From NCBI GenBank assembly GCA_965203095.1, contig OZ241877.1, positions 1 to 64,000 of the forward strand: a stretch of DNA of 64,000 bases, given 5' to 3'. Under the pieces are notes generated by a model. That model was not told the DNA's origin. It was given only the letters and a program-made list of their open reading frames with translations, and searched no databases. Below, piece after piece: positions 1 to 9,800 of this stretch. A program made the position numbers and the translations under genes. Positions within the stretch are counted from its first letter, which is position 1; each line of letters opens with the position of its first letter. Source of the DNA: Bdellovibrionales bacterium. GTDB taxonomy: Bacteria > Bdellovibrionota > Bdellovibrionia > Bdellovibrionales > UBA1609.

Positions 1-153
1 GTTGATTTGATAAAAATCTCTTTTTATTCTTTAATAGTGTTTTTGTTTAAAAAAATGATATGTTTTTTTTAAAATATGTTAAAATCTGTTTGAGAATGGG
101 GTCAAGATGTTTTTGCCATAGTCCCAACGGATTGTAAAATTAAGGGTTGAAAA

Positions 154-1209
154 GTGCTTAATTTATTTAAAAAAAAGTCTAAGAGATACTTGGCCTTAGA
201 TATAGGGAGGCAAAATATAAAGCTAATGTCTTTTTTGCCGGGGAAGGCCTTTGCAGATATGATGATGATAAAAGCCACCCCTAAGGGGGCTTTTCAAAAA
301 GGTTTACTTGTCGACTCCGCTCCTCTTTGTGATCTTCTATCTCAATGTTTAACAGAGATGGAGTTTGAAGATGAATTGTCTGTGATTGCCGGTGTTTCGG
401 GAATGGGTGTGATTGCCAAAAAAATAGATATTCCGCAAATGGAGGAAAGCATGATTTCTGAATTTGTGGAAATTGAGGCCGAGCAAGAGCTTTTTTATAA
501 TAAAGAGGAAATGGACTTAGACTATGAAATTTTAAAAGGGGTGAATTTTAACAAACCAGAAGCCCAATCCCTCTTGGTGGTTACAGTTTTAAAACAAATT
601 ATAGAAAACTACAATTCAGTAATTCAAAAAATCCATTTGAATTGTGATATTTTAGATACAAATTTTTCAGCTCTTTTTAATATTGTTGAACACAATATCC
701 CTTTAGATATGAAAAAAATATATATGGTTATAGATATAGGTTGTGCCAGCACTAATTTAATTATTTTAATTAAAAATCAGGTGGTTTTTGCGAGAAATCT
801 CTCTATAGGAGGAGATTTTTTTAATCAAGAAATACAAAAAAGAATGTCGTTAGACCCTGCTACAGCGGAGGAGCTAAAAATCAGTGCGAGCCAAGGGCAA
901 GAGGCTCCTAAAGAGTTGGTCTCCCTAATTGTCAATAACCTTAATGACGCCTTTGTAGAAGAACTCTTGTCTTGTTATAATTTGTATCATAGCCTTTTTC
1001 CGGAAAAAAATGTGCAAGAAGGCTTTGTGACCGGTGGTGCCAGTCAAACATTAAATCTAACTCAAAAAATAAAGGATAAGATGGGCTTTCCTGTGAGTTT
1101 TTTTAACCCATTTAAAAATATTGATCTCAAACCGGAGTTTAAAAACCGGCAACATGAATTTCCATTATTTTCTGTAGTCGCTGGCCTATCTCTGAGGTCA
1201 CTCAAATGA
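154..1209 (+). CDS. pilM: Type IV pilus assembly protein PilM (actin-like)
   Basis: LALDIG N-terminus, VIDIG and VTGGAS actin-fold motifs; first gene of a pilMNOPQ-order operon. Confidence 0.9.
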   Translation: MLNLFKKKSKRYLALDIGRQNIKLMSFLPGKAFADMMMIKATPKGAFQKGLLVDSAPLCDLLSQCLTEMEFEDELSVIAGVSGMGVIAKKIDIPQMEESMISEFVEIEAEQELFYNKEEMDLDYEILKGVNFNKPEAQSLLVVTVLKQIIENYNSVIQKIHLNCDILDTNFSALFNIVEHNIPLDMKKIYMVIDIGCASTNLIILIKNQVVFARNLSIGGDFFNQEIQKRMSLDPATAEELKISASQGQEAPKELVSLIVNNLNDAFVEELLSCYNLYHSLFPEKNVQEGFVTGGASQTLNLTQKIKDKMGFPVSFFNPFKNIDLKPEFKNRQHEFPLFSVVAGLSLRSLK

Positions 1210-1850
1210 TTAAAGTCAACCTTAACAAAACAAAAAGCTCTACAATCTATAGCCAAAGTGTCAGTTCTGAATCTGTTCACTCCACTATCTTTACAAATAT
1301 AAAAAAAAGATTGCAGGGTAAAACCATAAATATCTCTCCGGCCATTTTGATAAAGATGGTCATTAACTTGATTTTGATTGCCTGTTTTCCTTTAGGTTTG
1401 AAAATTTATGAATTGAGGGAAATTAAAAAATTAAACGATAAAAAGAAAAAGGAAGAGCAGGTTTTAGCTAATGAGCAAAAAAAGCTGGCCATTTTAACTG
1501 AGGAGTTAGGCAAATATGATCATCTTCAGGATAAATCTAAGGAGTTTACGGATAAAATGGACTTTTTAAAAGATTTGGCGGAGACCCGGTTAATTGTTCC
1601 TCAAACAATTGATTTGATTCAGGATAAAATTCCAAAAACTGTCTGGTTAGAAAGCCTGAGCTTAAACATATCCACAGGGAAAAACATACTGCAAATAGAA
1701 GGGCAAAGTTTAGACGAAGCCGATGTTAATGCTTTTGCCGCCTCCCTTCACGATATTTTAAATGAAAACTCTATTGTTGTAAACACAAGGGATGTTAAAG
1801 AGAGCAACAGTGTGGTTAGAGTAAAATTCAAACTGGAAGGGGAAATGTAG
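1206..1850 (+). CDS. pilN: Type IV pilus assembly protein PilN
   Basis: MIKVNL start, TM helix, coiled coil, IPKTVWLESL motif; 4-nt overlap with pilM. Confidence 0.85.
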   Translation: MIKVNLNKTKSSTIYSQSVSSESVHSTIFTNIKKRLQGKTINISPAILIKMVINLILIACFPLGLKIYELREIKKLNDKKKKEEQVLANEQKKLAILTEELGKYDHLQDKSKEFTDKMDFLKDLAETRLIVPQTIDLIQDKIPKTVWLESLSLNISTGKNILQIEGQSLDEADVNAFAASLHDILNENSIVVNTRDVKESNSVVRVKFKLEGEM

Positions 1851-1859
1851 GAGGTTTTT

Positions 1860-2465
1860 TTGCGAATTTTATTTGACATTGCCAACTTTGGAATCATTCA
1901 ATTACTTGTTTTTGGAGGCTTGTTTGTGGGTATTTTTTACTTTACCTCCTATAATGACGGAAGTCATATAAAAAAAGCTATTGAGGATATTGAAAGCAAT
2001 ATTCAAAAGGTCTCTAAACAAAACCAACAAAAACAAAAAGAAATTCAAGATGTGAAAATGTTTGAAAAAGAAATCATGGCTCAAGAGAAAGATGTCAAGT
2101 TCCTTCTGGACTTTATCCCTAAGTCTTTAACCTATACAGATATATCTAACTTGCTTATCACTACAGCTAACCGCTCTGGGGTGAATATTGATGTAAAACA
2201 AGATCAAAAAGTGGAAAGTCGAGAAGATTCCGAATATCATATATTGAGCATTCAACTGGCCGTGAGTGGGGCTTTTTCACATATTCTTTTATTTTTATCT
2301 AAGTTGACTGATCAAAGAAGAATGCTCATAGTCAATAATGTGACGATGAGAGTGGAGCGGGAAACACAGCTGATAAAAGCCGATTTAAATATATCTGCTT
2401 ATCGCTATAAGGAGTTGGATAAAAAACAGACAGAAGAAGAGGGTGCAGAACAGGAATCATCATAA
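1860..2465 (+). CDS. pilO: Type IV pilus assembly protein PilO
   Basis: N-terminal TM, coiled coil, SGAFSHILLFL..L...RMLIV motif; operon position. Confidence 0.85.
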   Translation: MRILFDIANFGIIQLLVFGGLFVGIFYFTSYNDGSHIKKAIEDIESNIQKVSKQNQQKQKEIQDVKMFEKEIMAQEKDVKFLLDFIPKSLTYTDISNLLITTANRSGVNIDVKQDQKVESREDSEYHILSIQLAVSGAFSHILLFLSKLTDQRRMLIVNNVTMRVERETQLIKADLNISAYRYKELDKKQTEEEGAEQESS

Positions 2466-2503
2466 ACCCAGGGCTATAATGGGCACCGGGTGGGGGAGAG
2501 AGA

Positions 2504-3511
2504 ATGTCAAAAAAAAATAGTTTTCAGCTTTTTTTAAAAAAGGTTTTTTCTTATATTGGCTTTTCTATCACGGCTTTAATGGCCTGTTTTTTGGCTTTAT
2601 TTTTGGTTTTAAACTTTTTAAGCCCAGCATTATCTGCCCCATCCGATGGCTCATCGCCTAAAAAAGGGGAAAAAATGAAGGCAAAAAAGGTTTTTGGAGA
2701 TATTTTTAAAAATTTAAAAACTATAGCTAAAGAAAATCTATCTCAATCCTCTCCTGAGGAAAAATCAACTGACAAAGTGGAAAAGCCTTTGCCTGCTGTT
2801 AAAAAAGACTCTACTCCTGCTACTCCTACTAAGGGCCAGCCTTTAAAGCCATTAACAGGTGAGGCTGAGCCTCCTGCTCCGGAACCCCGCCCAGTTCCGG
2901 CTTTAAGTAAGCCCTCAGCGGTTGAAGGCCAAAACCTTCCGGCTCCAAATTCACTACCCCCTCCGGCCATAAAGACAGGCACTCCACAAGTATCCCCCCC
3001 TTCTGGGATAAAGGGAGCAGTGAAAGGGGATGAGTCCCCCGGTGGGAGCCAGCTGGCTGAGCCTTTAAATGATACGGCCCCAGCTGAAGAGGGAGTCAAG
3101 TCTTCAGAAATCAGTGCGGATATCCGATCCATTATGGGATCTTTTGAATACGATCCTACCAAAAAAAAGGATCCTTTTGAAAATCCCACTCCTAAGAAAG
3201 CTCAAGAAAGTAAAGGGATTATCATTATTCCTAAAACTCCGCCGGAAGAATATGATTTGTCAGAAATTGAATTGAAGGGGGTTATTTGGAACACACATAA
3301 CCAAGCCAAAGCTCTTTTTAAATTGCCAGGTTCTGCTGGCTTTTACACATTACAAGCTGGGGACAGGGTGGGTAAAAAGGGCGTTATTTTTAAAATTAGA
3401 GAAAGTGAGGTGGTGATAGTGGAGACAAATTATTTAGGTTCTGGCGAACAGAGAAAAGCAGAGAGAATCATAAAAATAAAGAAAATCAATCGAGTGGGAG
3501 TTGATACTTAA
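2504..3511 (+). CDS. pilP: PilP-like pilus protein with long Pro-rich linker
   Basis: KKDPFENP, PEEYDLSEIELKGVIW and GDRVG motifs; between pilO and pilQ. Confidence 0.8.
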   Translation: MSKKNSFQLFLKKVFSYIGFSITALMACFLALFLVLNFLSPALSAPSDGSSPKKGEKMKAKKVFGDIFKNLKTIAKENLSQSSPEEKSTDKVEKPLPAVKKDSTPATPTKGQPLKPLTGEAEPPAPEPRPVPALSKPSAVEGQNLPAPNSLPPPAIKTGTPQVSPPSGIKGAVKGDESPGGSQLAEPLNDTAPAEEGVKSSEISADIRSIMGSFEYDPTKKKDPFENPTPKKAQESKGIIIIPKTPPEEYDLSEIELKGVIWNTHNQAKALFKLPGSAGFYTLQAGDRVGKKGVIFKIRESEVVIVETNYLGSGEQRKAERIIKIKKINRVGVDT

Positions 3512-3613
3512 TCCCTATTGTATATGACACAGGCTGTTAAGTCTGTTGTTAAAAGGCTGGGCTTCTCTTATAATCTAAAAGGTTTTGTTTGTTTTACAAC
3601 TTTGAGAATCTGC

Positions 3614-6058
3614 ATGATGAGAATTATTTTAATTTTACTTTTTGTTTTTGTTGCTTCTCTTCCTTTGTCACCTGCACAAGATGAGCCTTTGTTTGACGAT
3701 TCGGATTTGGTCGATATTGAAGGTGCTAAAGATGAACCTGATGAGGATCAGCAGTTGGAAGAGGATTTTAATTCTCTTGAAGGAGAACCAGCAGATGATA
3801 ATTTTGACGAAGAGGATTTTGAAGTAATAGATGAAGATGAAGAAGAGAATATGGAAGAAGATTCTTTAGATGATGTAGAAAAGGATATTAAAGAGGAAGA
3901 GGAGAGCTTTGATAAAGAGGATTATGAAATCATCAGTGATCGCCCCGACTACGAAGCCATTAGTGATGAAGAGCTGGAGATGGAGTTTGAAGGCCAGGGA
4001 TCTAAACAGGAATCAGAAGGGGATCTATCCGATCCAGCAGATGAAGAAGGTTTAGAAGGGGATCTGTCTGATCCAGCAGATGAAGAAGGTTTAGAAGGGG
4101 ATCTATCCGATCCAGCAGATGAAGAAGGTTTAGAAGGGGATCTATCCGATCCAGCAGATGAAGAAGGTTTAGAAGGGGATCTGTCTGATCCAGCAGATGA
4201 AGAAGGTTTAGAAGGGGATCTATCCGATCCAGCAGATGAAGAAGGTTTAGAGGGGGATCTATCCGATCCAGCAGATGAAGAAGGTTTAGAAGATGCAAAG
4301 AGTGAGGAAGAAGGTAAGACTTCGGTTCTCAACACTATCACCAATATTCGCTATGTAAGGGAAAAAGATCAAATTTTTATTGATTGCACTGAGGTCACAT
4401 CCTATCAAGCGAGGGAAAATGATAAAACCAATCAACTGGTTATCGAGATTTTACAGACTCAGCTTTCTGATCAACTGACATGGCCCTTTGTTTTTCGAGA
4501 TTTTAAAACCAATTTTGGTTTAATGTTGGCAGACGAAAAAGACTCCAATATAGTAAGATTGGTCCTTCAGATCAAAGAAGGGGCGGACTTTCCAAAACAC
4601 ACTCAAAATAAAGCAGGGGATAAAATCATAATCGGTTATGGGGAAGTGGTTGATTATCAGATCATTCCTGAAGAAGATTCTTTTAACAGATCTTCTAAAG
4701 ACTCAAAATCCATTTTACCAGCTAAAACTTTGGAAGACCTGTATTTAGGAACTACTGAATTTTCTGGATTTCCCATATCCTTTCATGTCACCAGTGCTCC
4801 AATTAAACAGGTCCTTCGATTCATTTCAGAAGAAAGTGGTTTGAACATGGTAATTGGTGAAAATGTGAGTGGCAATATCACTTTAAAACTTGAGGATGTG
4901 CCTTGGGATCAGGCCCTGCATATTATTTTTAAGGTCATGTCTTTGGGTTATACAAGGGAGGGAAATGTCATCACTATACTTCCTTTAGCAGATATAGAAA
5001 AAAGAATAAATAAACTCAAGGAAATCTCGGATCGGCAAAGAAGTCTTTCTCCTTATGAGACCAAAGTGATCCCTATTAATTATGGGAAAACTACTGAAAT
5101 TCAAAGCAAAGTGAAAGATTTTTCCACCCCAAAACTCACGGGGAGTCAGAGTGGAGGAGGAAAGATCATTATCGATGATAAAAACAATACTCTTATCGTG
5201 ATAGACACTCCAGAGGCCATTAAAAAAATTGAGGCTATGGTCCAATATTTAGACACAGCCCCCAAACAGGTCATGGTAGAGGCTAAAATTGTTGAAGTGA
5301 CAGAGTTTTTCACCAGAGATTTTGGCCTGACATGGAGTCTCACTCAAAATTTTCCAACAACTTTTGATTATGCTGGCATAGTTAGGTTTTCCAGTCCTAC
5401 AGATATAGTCAATAATTTGTTTGGCGATATAGGGGGGAATATGGGTTTCAGCTCCACAGGAAGTGCCAGTTTGAATTTGAGTGGCCTGCCCATTATTGGA
5501 GATCTGGGGGCAAGCCTAAATTTAGCGGAAAGCGATGGGCACGCCCAAGTGATCAGTTCTCCAAAAGTGGTAGTAATTAGTGGGAAAAGTGCCTCCATTA
5601 CCAGAAATGCACCTATTCTTGTATCTAAAGGAGTTATCAGCACGGCGGCTCCAGCAAACCAACAAGGTGCTGGTTCTGCTTTACAACCTTTGGCTCAGTC
5701 GGCACCGGCAACACAGGATGTGAAAATTGATTTGACAGTCAAACCTGAAGTGACATCAACAGGAAGCATTTTTTTACAAGTGAATGTCACACGAACAGAT
5801 CCCGGCCCCAGTGCTGGATCTGAGGGTGAAGCCTTAGTAGTGAACCGAACGGCCAATACAGAAATACTGGCTAAAAATGGCCAAACCATTGTTATTGGTG
5901 GGATCTATGAGCAGGACAAATCCGAGTCAAAAAGTGCTTGGCCTTTTTTAGGGGATATTCCTATTTTAAATTTATTGTTTAGCACTTCTACCAGGAGAAA
6001 TTCTAAAACAGAACTTTTAATTTTTATTACTCCAAAAGTTTTAGATAGCCATGTTTAA
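3614..6058 (+). CDS. pilQ: Type IV pilus secretin PilQ with acidic repetitive N-terminal extension
   Basis: LEDVPWDQAL, QVMVEAKIVEV, VIGGIY, PFLGDIPILNLLF, ELLIFITP secretin motifs; start placed at the ATG preceding the signal peptide (ORF track starts 3518). Confidence 0.93.
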   Translation: MMRIILILLFVFVASLPLSPAQDEPLFDDSDLVDIEGAKDEPDEDQQLEEDFNSLEGEPADDNFDEEDFEVIDEDEEENMEEDSLDDVEKDIKEEEESFDKEDYEIISDRPDYEAISDEELEMEFEGQGSKQESEGDLSDPADEEGLEGDLSDPADEEGLEGDLSDPADEEGLEGDLSDPADEEGLEGDLSDPADEEGLEGDLSDPADEEGLEGDLSDPADEEGLEDAKSEEEGKTSVLNTITNIRYVREKDQIFIDCTEVTSYQARENDKTNQLVIEILQTQLSDQLTWPFVFRDFKTNFGLMLADEKDSNIVRLVLQIKEGADFPKHTQNKAGDKIIIGYGEVVDYQIIPEEDSFNRSSKDSKSILPAKTLEDLYLGTTEFSGFPISFHVTSAPIKQVLRFISEESGLNMVIGENVSGNITLKLEDVPWDQALHIIFKVMSLGYTREGNVITILPLADIEKRINKLKEISDRQRSLSPYETKVIPINYGKTTEIQSKVKDFSTPKLTGSQSGGGKIIIDDKNNTLIVIDTPEAIKKIEAMVQYLDTAPKQVMVEAKIVEVTEFFTRDFGLTWSLTQNFPTTFDYAGIVRFSSPTDIVNNLFGDIGGNMGFSSTGSASLNLSGLPIIGDLGASLNLAESDGHAQVISSPKVVVISGKSASITRNAPILVSKGVISTAAPANQQGAGSALQPLAQSAPATQDVKIDLTVKPEVTSTGSIFLQVNVTRTDPGPSAGSEGEALVVNRTANTEILAKNGQTIVIGGIYEQDKSESKSAWPFLGDIPILNLLFSTSTRRNSKTELLIFITPKVLDSHV
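4016..4288 (+). repeat. 7 x 39-bp coding tandem repeat (EGDLSDPADEEGL) in pilQ
   Basis: Unit gaaggggatctatccgatccagcagatgaagaaggttta counted 7 times; synonymous variant ctgtct in units 2 and 5. Confidence 0.97.
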
Positions 6059-7004
6059 GGTTTTTTCACATAACTTAAAAGGGATGAAAAAACAAATTTT
6101 AATCCTATTTTCTTTCTGTATTTTGGGTGCATGCACAGTCAACTCCGGAGGGAGCAATGTGAAAGTGATTGTATCCCCTTTTGGAAGAGGCCAGCAGGTG
6201 ATCTCTTCAAGGCCAGTGATTTATTTACATAATGGGGAGAGGCAAATTTGCCGGGGTCGGCCCTACCTGGTGAGGGAAGCTCGCAATATTTTGGCGAATA
6301 GGAATATGACTAAAGATTTTTTAGATGATTTTTTTCCTTTAGAGGAGGGCCAGGGGGCCAATAGGGAAGCTGAAGGGGGATCTAACAATAGAAATAATGA
6401 TCCTGTTCGCATGGATGTGGGATCCAATTGGCTAAAGTTTGGCCTCAACATTCAAAATGGCACAGAAAGAGTGACAAAAAGCAATGAGGAGAAAAACTTT
6501 TTTTTGATTGTTCATGACATAGCCTATTCTGCTGTGGGCTTGCACAAAGGCCGAAGGGTGGGAACTGTTAACGGGACAATCTCATCGGGTTTTTGCTCTT
6601 CGAGTGAAGGAGGAGGCAGTGGGGGGACTCCCTTCCTGTATTTTATCCCTCCAGGAACAAGTGTTCGCTACCGGCCCCTTTCCACAAACCCTTTTGAAAA
6701 CCTGACACTTTTTATATCTGGATTTGATATTATTGATCGAAGTGAGGAGGCATCGCCCAGATTACAAAGCTTAGGAGCAGGAGTAGCCGGAGCAGAAGGG
6801 GCCGGAGGAGCTGGGGCTGAAAGCCAGCCCGGTCAACAGGCTGGTTCAGCAAACTCTTATGGGCCGGATGAAATCATTATCATCCCCGATTACACTGTGG
6901 AGCTTGTTTTAAGAGGTTATTTTATGACTAACAAAGGGGAGCTTGTGTCAGAATTTGTAAAAAGGGTGAGATTTCAAACCCAAAGTTCTTTTAGGAATTT
7001 TTAG
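6051..7004 (+). CDS. Hypothetical lipoprotein downstream of pilQ
   Basis: Lipobox LGAC after hydrophobic stretch (likely start MKKQ); contiguous with pilQ. Confidence 0.65.
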   Translation: MFKVFSHNLKGMKKQILILFSFCILGACTVNSGGSNVKVIVSPFGRGQQVISSRPVIYLHNGERQICRGRPYLVREARNILANRNMTKDFLDDFFPLEEGQGANREAEGGSNNRNNDPVRMDVGSNWLKFGLNIQNGTERVTKSNEEKNFFLIVHDIAYSAVGLHKGRRVGTVNGTISSGFCSSSEGGGSGGTPFLYFIPPGTSVRYRPLSTNPFENLTLFISGFDIIDRSEEASPRLQSLGAGVAGAEGAGGAGAESQPGQQAGSANSYGPDEIIIIPDYTVELVLRGYFMTNKGELVSEFVKRVRFQTQSSFRNF

Positions 7005-7025
7005 AGCCTGTTCATAAAGAAGTTT

Positions 7026-8441
7026 CTATTTTTTTTGGAGTTTTTCGCTTAGGTTTTGCAGTTCTTGAAATTTATTTTTGCTATTCTCTTTTGAGGGTTG
7101 AGGGTCATAAACATCCATAGCTTTTCTGGGCTGAACGGGGTTTTTAAACACAGCCTCTTCCTCCCCTGGAACAAAAGGAATACTTACATTGGTTTTGTCT
7201 GTTTGGTCATTGGAATCCACATTTTTGTCCTTCATTATTAGGGCTTCGTAAGCGGATAGTTTTTTCCCCTGATGAGTTCGCTCTTTTATTTTTTTTGTTC
7301 CCTGTCCAAAACCCGTTTTAACCACTTGATTGATAATTTGTTTCATACTCCAGGAAGGATAACAGGTTTTAACTAAAGCCGTGACTCCAGTGGCAAAGGC
7401 CGTTGCTTGTGAAGTTCCGGTCATTTTACCATATCTCCATCTGCCACTGGCCAAATTCCGAAAATTTTGACCACTGAACTGAGATTGAAGATAAAAGGGT
7501 GGGGGAAGGGTGGAGCGAATGTCTTTCCCTGGCCCCGACTGTGCGTTGGAGTTATCTAAATATTTATGTTGAATATAATTGCTGGAATCCAAAATTTCAT
7601 TTTTTTTGTTATGGGACTGAACAAACAGAATATTTTGTAAATTATAGTTGGCGGGGTAATAACCTAATTTTCTCTTTCCGACATTTTCACCTTCATTTCC
7701 CAAAGCGGCCACAAATATAATGTTTTTGTCTGCGGCTAAGGCAATATTGGCTTTTTCCTCTTCATTTTCGCCAGGGCCTCCACCGGAGTAGTTGATAATA
7801 TCCGCCCCATTATCCACAGCGTATTTTATAGCTCGAATGGTGTTGGCAATATTATTGTGGCTGTTAGCGGATTCATCATAATATTTGAGGCTCATAATGC
7901 GGGAATGTCCGGCAACCCCTATGGCCTCACAATTGGAATTTCCGGGGCCTTCAGCTGAAATGATGCCAGAGACATGGGTGCCGTGTCCGTGGCGATCTTG
8001 GATGTCATTACTTTTTTTAACAAAATTCCAACCATGAATATCATCTACGAAACCATTGCCATCATCATCTATGCCATTGTTAGGGATTTCTTTTTTGTTT
8101 TTCCACAGCTGATTTTTCAGGCAGGGGTGCCGGGCGTGAATCCCCGTATCTAAGACGGCAACAATCACATCTTTATTATATTGTTTTTTGTAGGCTTTCG
8201 CACATTTTTTATAATCTTGAGCTATTTTTTGCAGTCCAATACTTTTTAAAGGCCATTCCCTTTCAATGTATTTGAACATGGATATATTTTTGCCTTGTGT
8301 GAAATGGGGACTTCCTCCACCATCAATCAAACCCCTGCTTTGTGAGGCTGAAGGGGAGGTTTTTTGAACCGAATCTCTTTTTTTAAAGCCTGTAAAAGAA
8401 AGAATGAGAAAAAACGGCAAAACAAAAATGATCCTTTTCAT
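7026..8441 (-). CDS. Secreted subtilisin-like S8 serine peptidase
   Basis: Signal peptide; catalytic triad motifs VLDTG, HGHGTHVSG, GTSQAT; NGIDDDGNGFVDD loop. Confidence 0.93.
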   Translation of the reverse strand: MKRIIFVLPFFLILSFTGFKKRDSVQKTSPSASQSRGLIDGGGSPHFTQGKNISMFKYIEREWPLKSIGLQKIAQDYKKCAKAYKKQYNKDVIVAVLDTGIHARHPCLKNQLWKNKKEIPNNGIDDDGNGFVDDIHGWNFVKKSNDIQDRHGHGTHVSGIISAEGPGNSNCEAIGVAGHSRIMSLKYYDESANSHNNIANTIRAIKYAVDNGADIINYSGGGPGENEEEKANIALAADKNIIFVAALGNEGENVGKRKLGYYPANYNLQNILFVQSHNKKNEILDSSNYIQHKYLDNSNAQSGPGKDIRSTLPPPFYLQSQFSGQNFRNLASGRWRYGKMTGTSQATAFATGVTALVKTCYPSWSMKQIINQVVKTGFGQGTKKIKERTHQGKKLSAYEALIMKDKNVDSNDQTDKTNVSIPFVPGEEEAVFKNPVQPRKAMDVYDPQPSKENSKNKFQELQNLSEKLQKK

Positions 8442-8448
8442 ATATGCC

Positions 8449-8476
8449 TTTTCGGCAAAATAACTAATTTTATTTA
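8449..8476 (-). promoter_or_regulatory. Sigma28-type promoter TAAA-N16-GCCGAAAA, 7 nt before the S8 peptidase ATG
   Basis: Matches FliA consensus; same geometry recurs at other genes in the window. Confidence 0.6.
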
Positions 8477-8595
8477 ATATTTTTTATAAAATGCCTTAAA
8501 ATGGGAAGTTGGCAGGATTTCACCAGACCAAGAGAAGAAATTTAGGGAGATTATTAGGTTCTTTTCAGCTGATTTGACAGCACAAAAAAAATCCC

Positions 8596-8624
8596 TTGAC
8601 ATTACCGGCTAATGTCCATATACT
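8596..8624 (+). promoter_or_regulatory. Sigma70 promoter TTGACA-N17-TATACT
   Basis: ttgaca ttaccggctaatgtcca tatact; spacer similar to the promoters at 9423 and 18748. Confidence 0.8.
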
Positions 8625-8660
8625 GGATAAGGATAAACTACTAAACCATAAGGAGCTAAC

Positions 8661-8837
8661 ATGGATGGAATTGACACAGGAACAGTTATAGCAGTTGTGG
8701 CGACTTTAGCTTTTTTATTGACTGGAGTTAATACTCTATTAAAGCCGATCAGAAAAGACATAGCTAAGCTTGAAACAGGACAAGCTAAGCTTGAAGCCAA
8801 GATTGATACTCTTTTAGCACTAATCAAAAGCAAATAG
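8661..8837 (+). CDS. 58-aa TM + coiled-coil small protein (missed by ORF track)
   Basis: MDGIDTGTVIAVVATLAFLLTGVNTLLKPIRKDIAKLETGQAKLEAKIDTLLALIKSK; RBS aaggag; paralogous to 9496, 14734, 18783, 22013. Confidence 0.8.
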   Translation: MDGIDTGTVIAVVATLAFLLTGVNTLLKPIRKDIAKLETGQAKLEAKIDTLLALIKSK

Positions 8838-8990
8838 TCTCTTTATTCCTTTTATTTGCCTTTTCCCGGTGGCACAGTTTAGGGTTCTTTTTTTCTTACA
8901 TTTTGGTCCTTTTTGTGAAAAATTTACAAAAGACTATTTTTTTCTTTTTTTTTTCGGACAATCCTGCTATAAGCCCTATAAGCCTACACA

Positions 8991-9326
8991 ATGAAAATAC
9001 TATTGAGCCTTATTCTTTTAATGAGCTTGCCGGCTTTTGCTAACTGCCATGATGCTTTTGATCCTAAAAAAGAACAACTGGCAGACCTGATCAGCCTCGC
9101 GAATTATAAAGACTTTAAGAGGGGATATAAGCGGGGAGTTATGAAGACATTGAGAAATCTTGCGATATTAGGAGCGATAGGAGCGATAGGAGCAGGAGCG
9201 GGAGCGGGGTATTTAATAGGTCAAGAGGTGATCGATGCTTTGGATAAAAAAACAAATGATACTGGAAAGACAACAGAAAAAATAATTGAAGCATTGAACA
9301 CAGACAAGATTAACTGGGTGGATTAA
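8991..9326 (+). CDS. Secreted small protein with Gly-zipper-like helix (constant-signal family)
   Basis: Signal MKILLSLILLMSLPAFA near-identical to 18167; GAIGAIGAGAGAG; ends INWVD. Confidence 0.75.
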   Translation: MKILLSLILLMSLPAFANCHDAFDPKKEQLADLISLANYKDFKRGYKRGVMKTLRNLAILGAIGAIGAGAGAGYLIGQEVIDALDKKTNDTGKTTEKIIEALNTDKINWVD

Positions 9327-9366
9327 GCCTCAGAACCCTCTGTTTTTCTCTCTAATCTCTATCTAT
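9321..9366 (+). repeat. Conserved 3' box, copy 1
   Basis: gattaagc..c(a/t)(g/a)aaccctct(a/g)tttttctctctaatctctatctat; also at 18632 and 19395. Confidence 0.9.
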
Positions 9367-9495
9367 ATTCCAGCAAATAAGCTCTTATTCATGCGGGTTT
9401 TAGAGCACTTTAAGCAAAGCCCTTGACATTCCCGGCCAATGTTCCAATAATGGATGTATGAAGATATTGATTAACCTAAAAGAAAAGGAGTTATT

Positions 9496-9750
9496 ATGAC
9501 TATATTATGGACGGCTTTAAGTATTGTTGTGGGAACGGTTATTGCTGTTTGCTCTATTATAGGGATTCAGTTTGGAGTTATTTATTTTCTTTTGAATGCT
9601 AAAATAAACCCACTTGAGAAAAGAATAGAAGGGCTTGAGGCTGGGCAAGCTAATCTTGAGAAAGGGCAAGCTAATCTTGAGAAAGGGCAAAAGGATATTT
9701 TTAAACTATTAGGAAAAGTGTTGGATGTGAAAAAAGAGCTGGAAGGGTAA
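9496..9750 (+). CDS. TM + coiled-coil small protein
   Basis: Hydrophobic N-half, LEAGQANLEKGQANLEKGQ heptads; own promoter TTGACA-N17-AATAAT at 9423 and RBS aaggag. Confidence 0.8.
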   Translation: MTILWTALSIVVGTVIAVCSIIGIQFGVIYFLLNAKINPLEKRIEGLEAGQANLEKGQANLEKGQKDIFKLLGKVLDVKKELEG

Positions 9751-9800
9751 AAATAAAAAATAGTCAAAAAAGTTTCGTTTTATTTGCCTTTATATAAGGG

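Noticed and set aside
4016..4288. Possible CRISPR array
   Set aside because: Contiguous 39-bp units without spacers, in frame within pilQ; a coding VNTR.
7004..7018. gagcctgttcataaa as an IS5-like terminal repeat
   Set aside because: Solitary; no partner end or transposase found.
9321..9366. 3' box as an integron attC site
   Set aside because: Not palindromic, no RYYYAAC/GTTRRRY ends and no integrase in the window.
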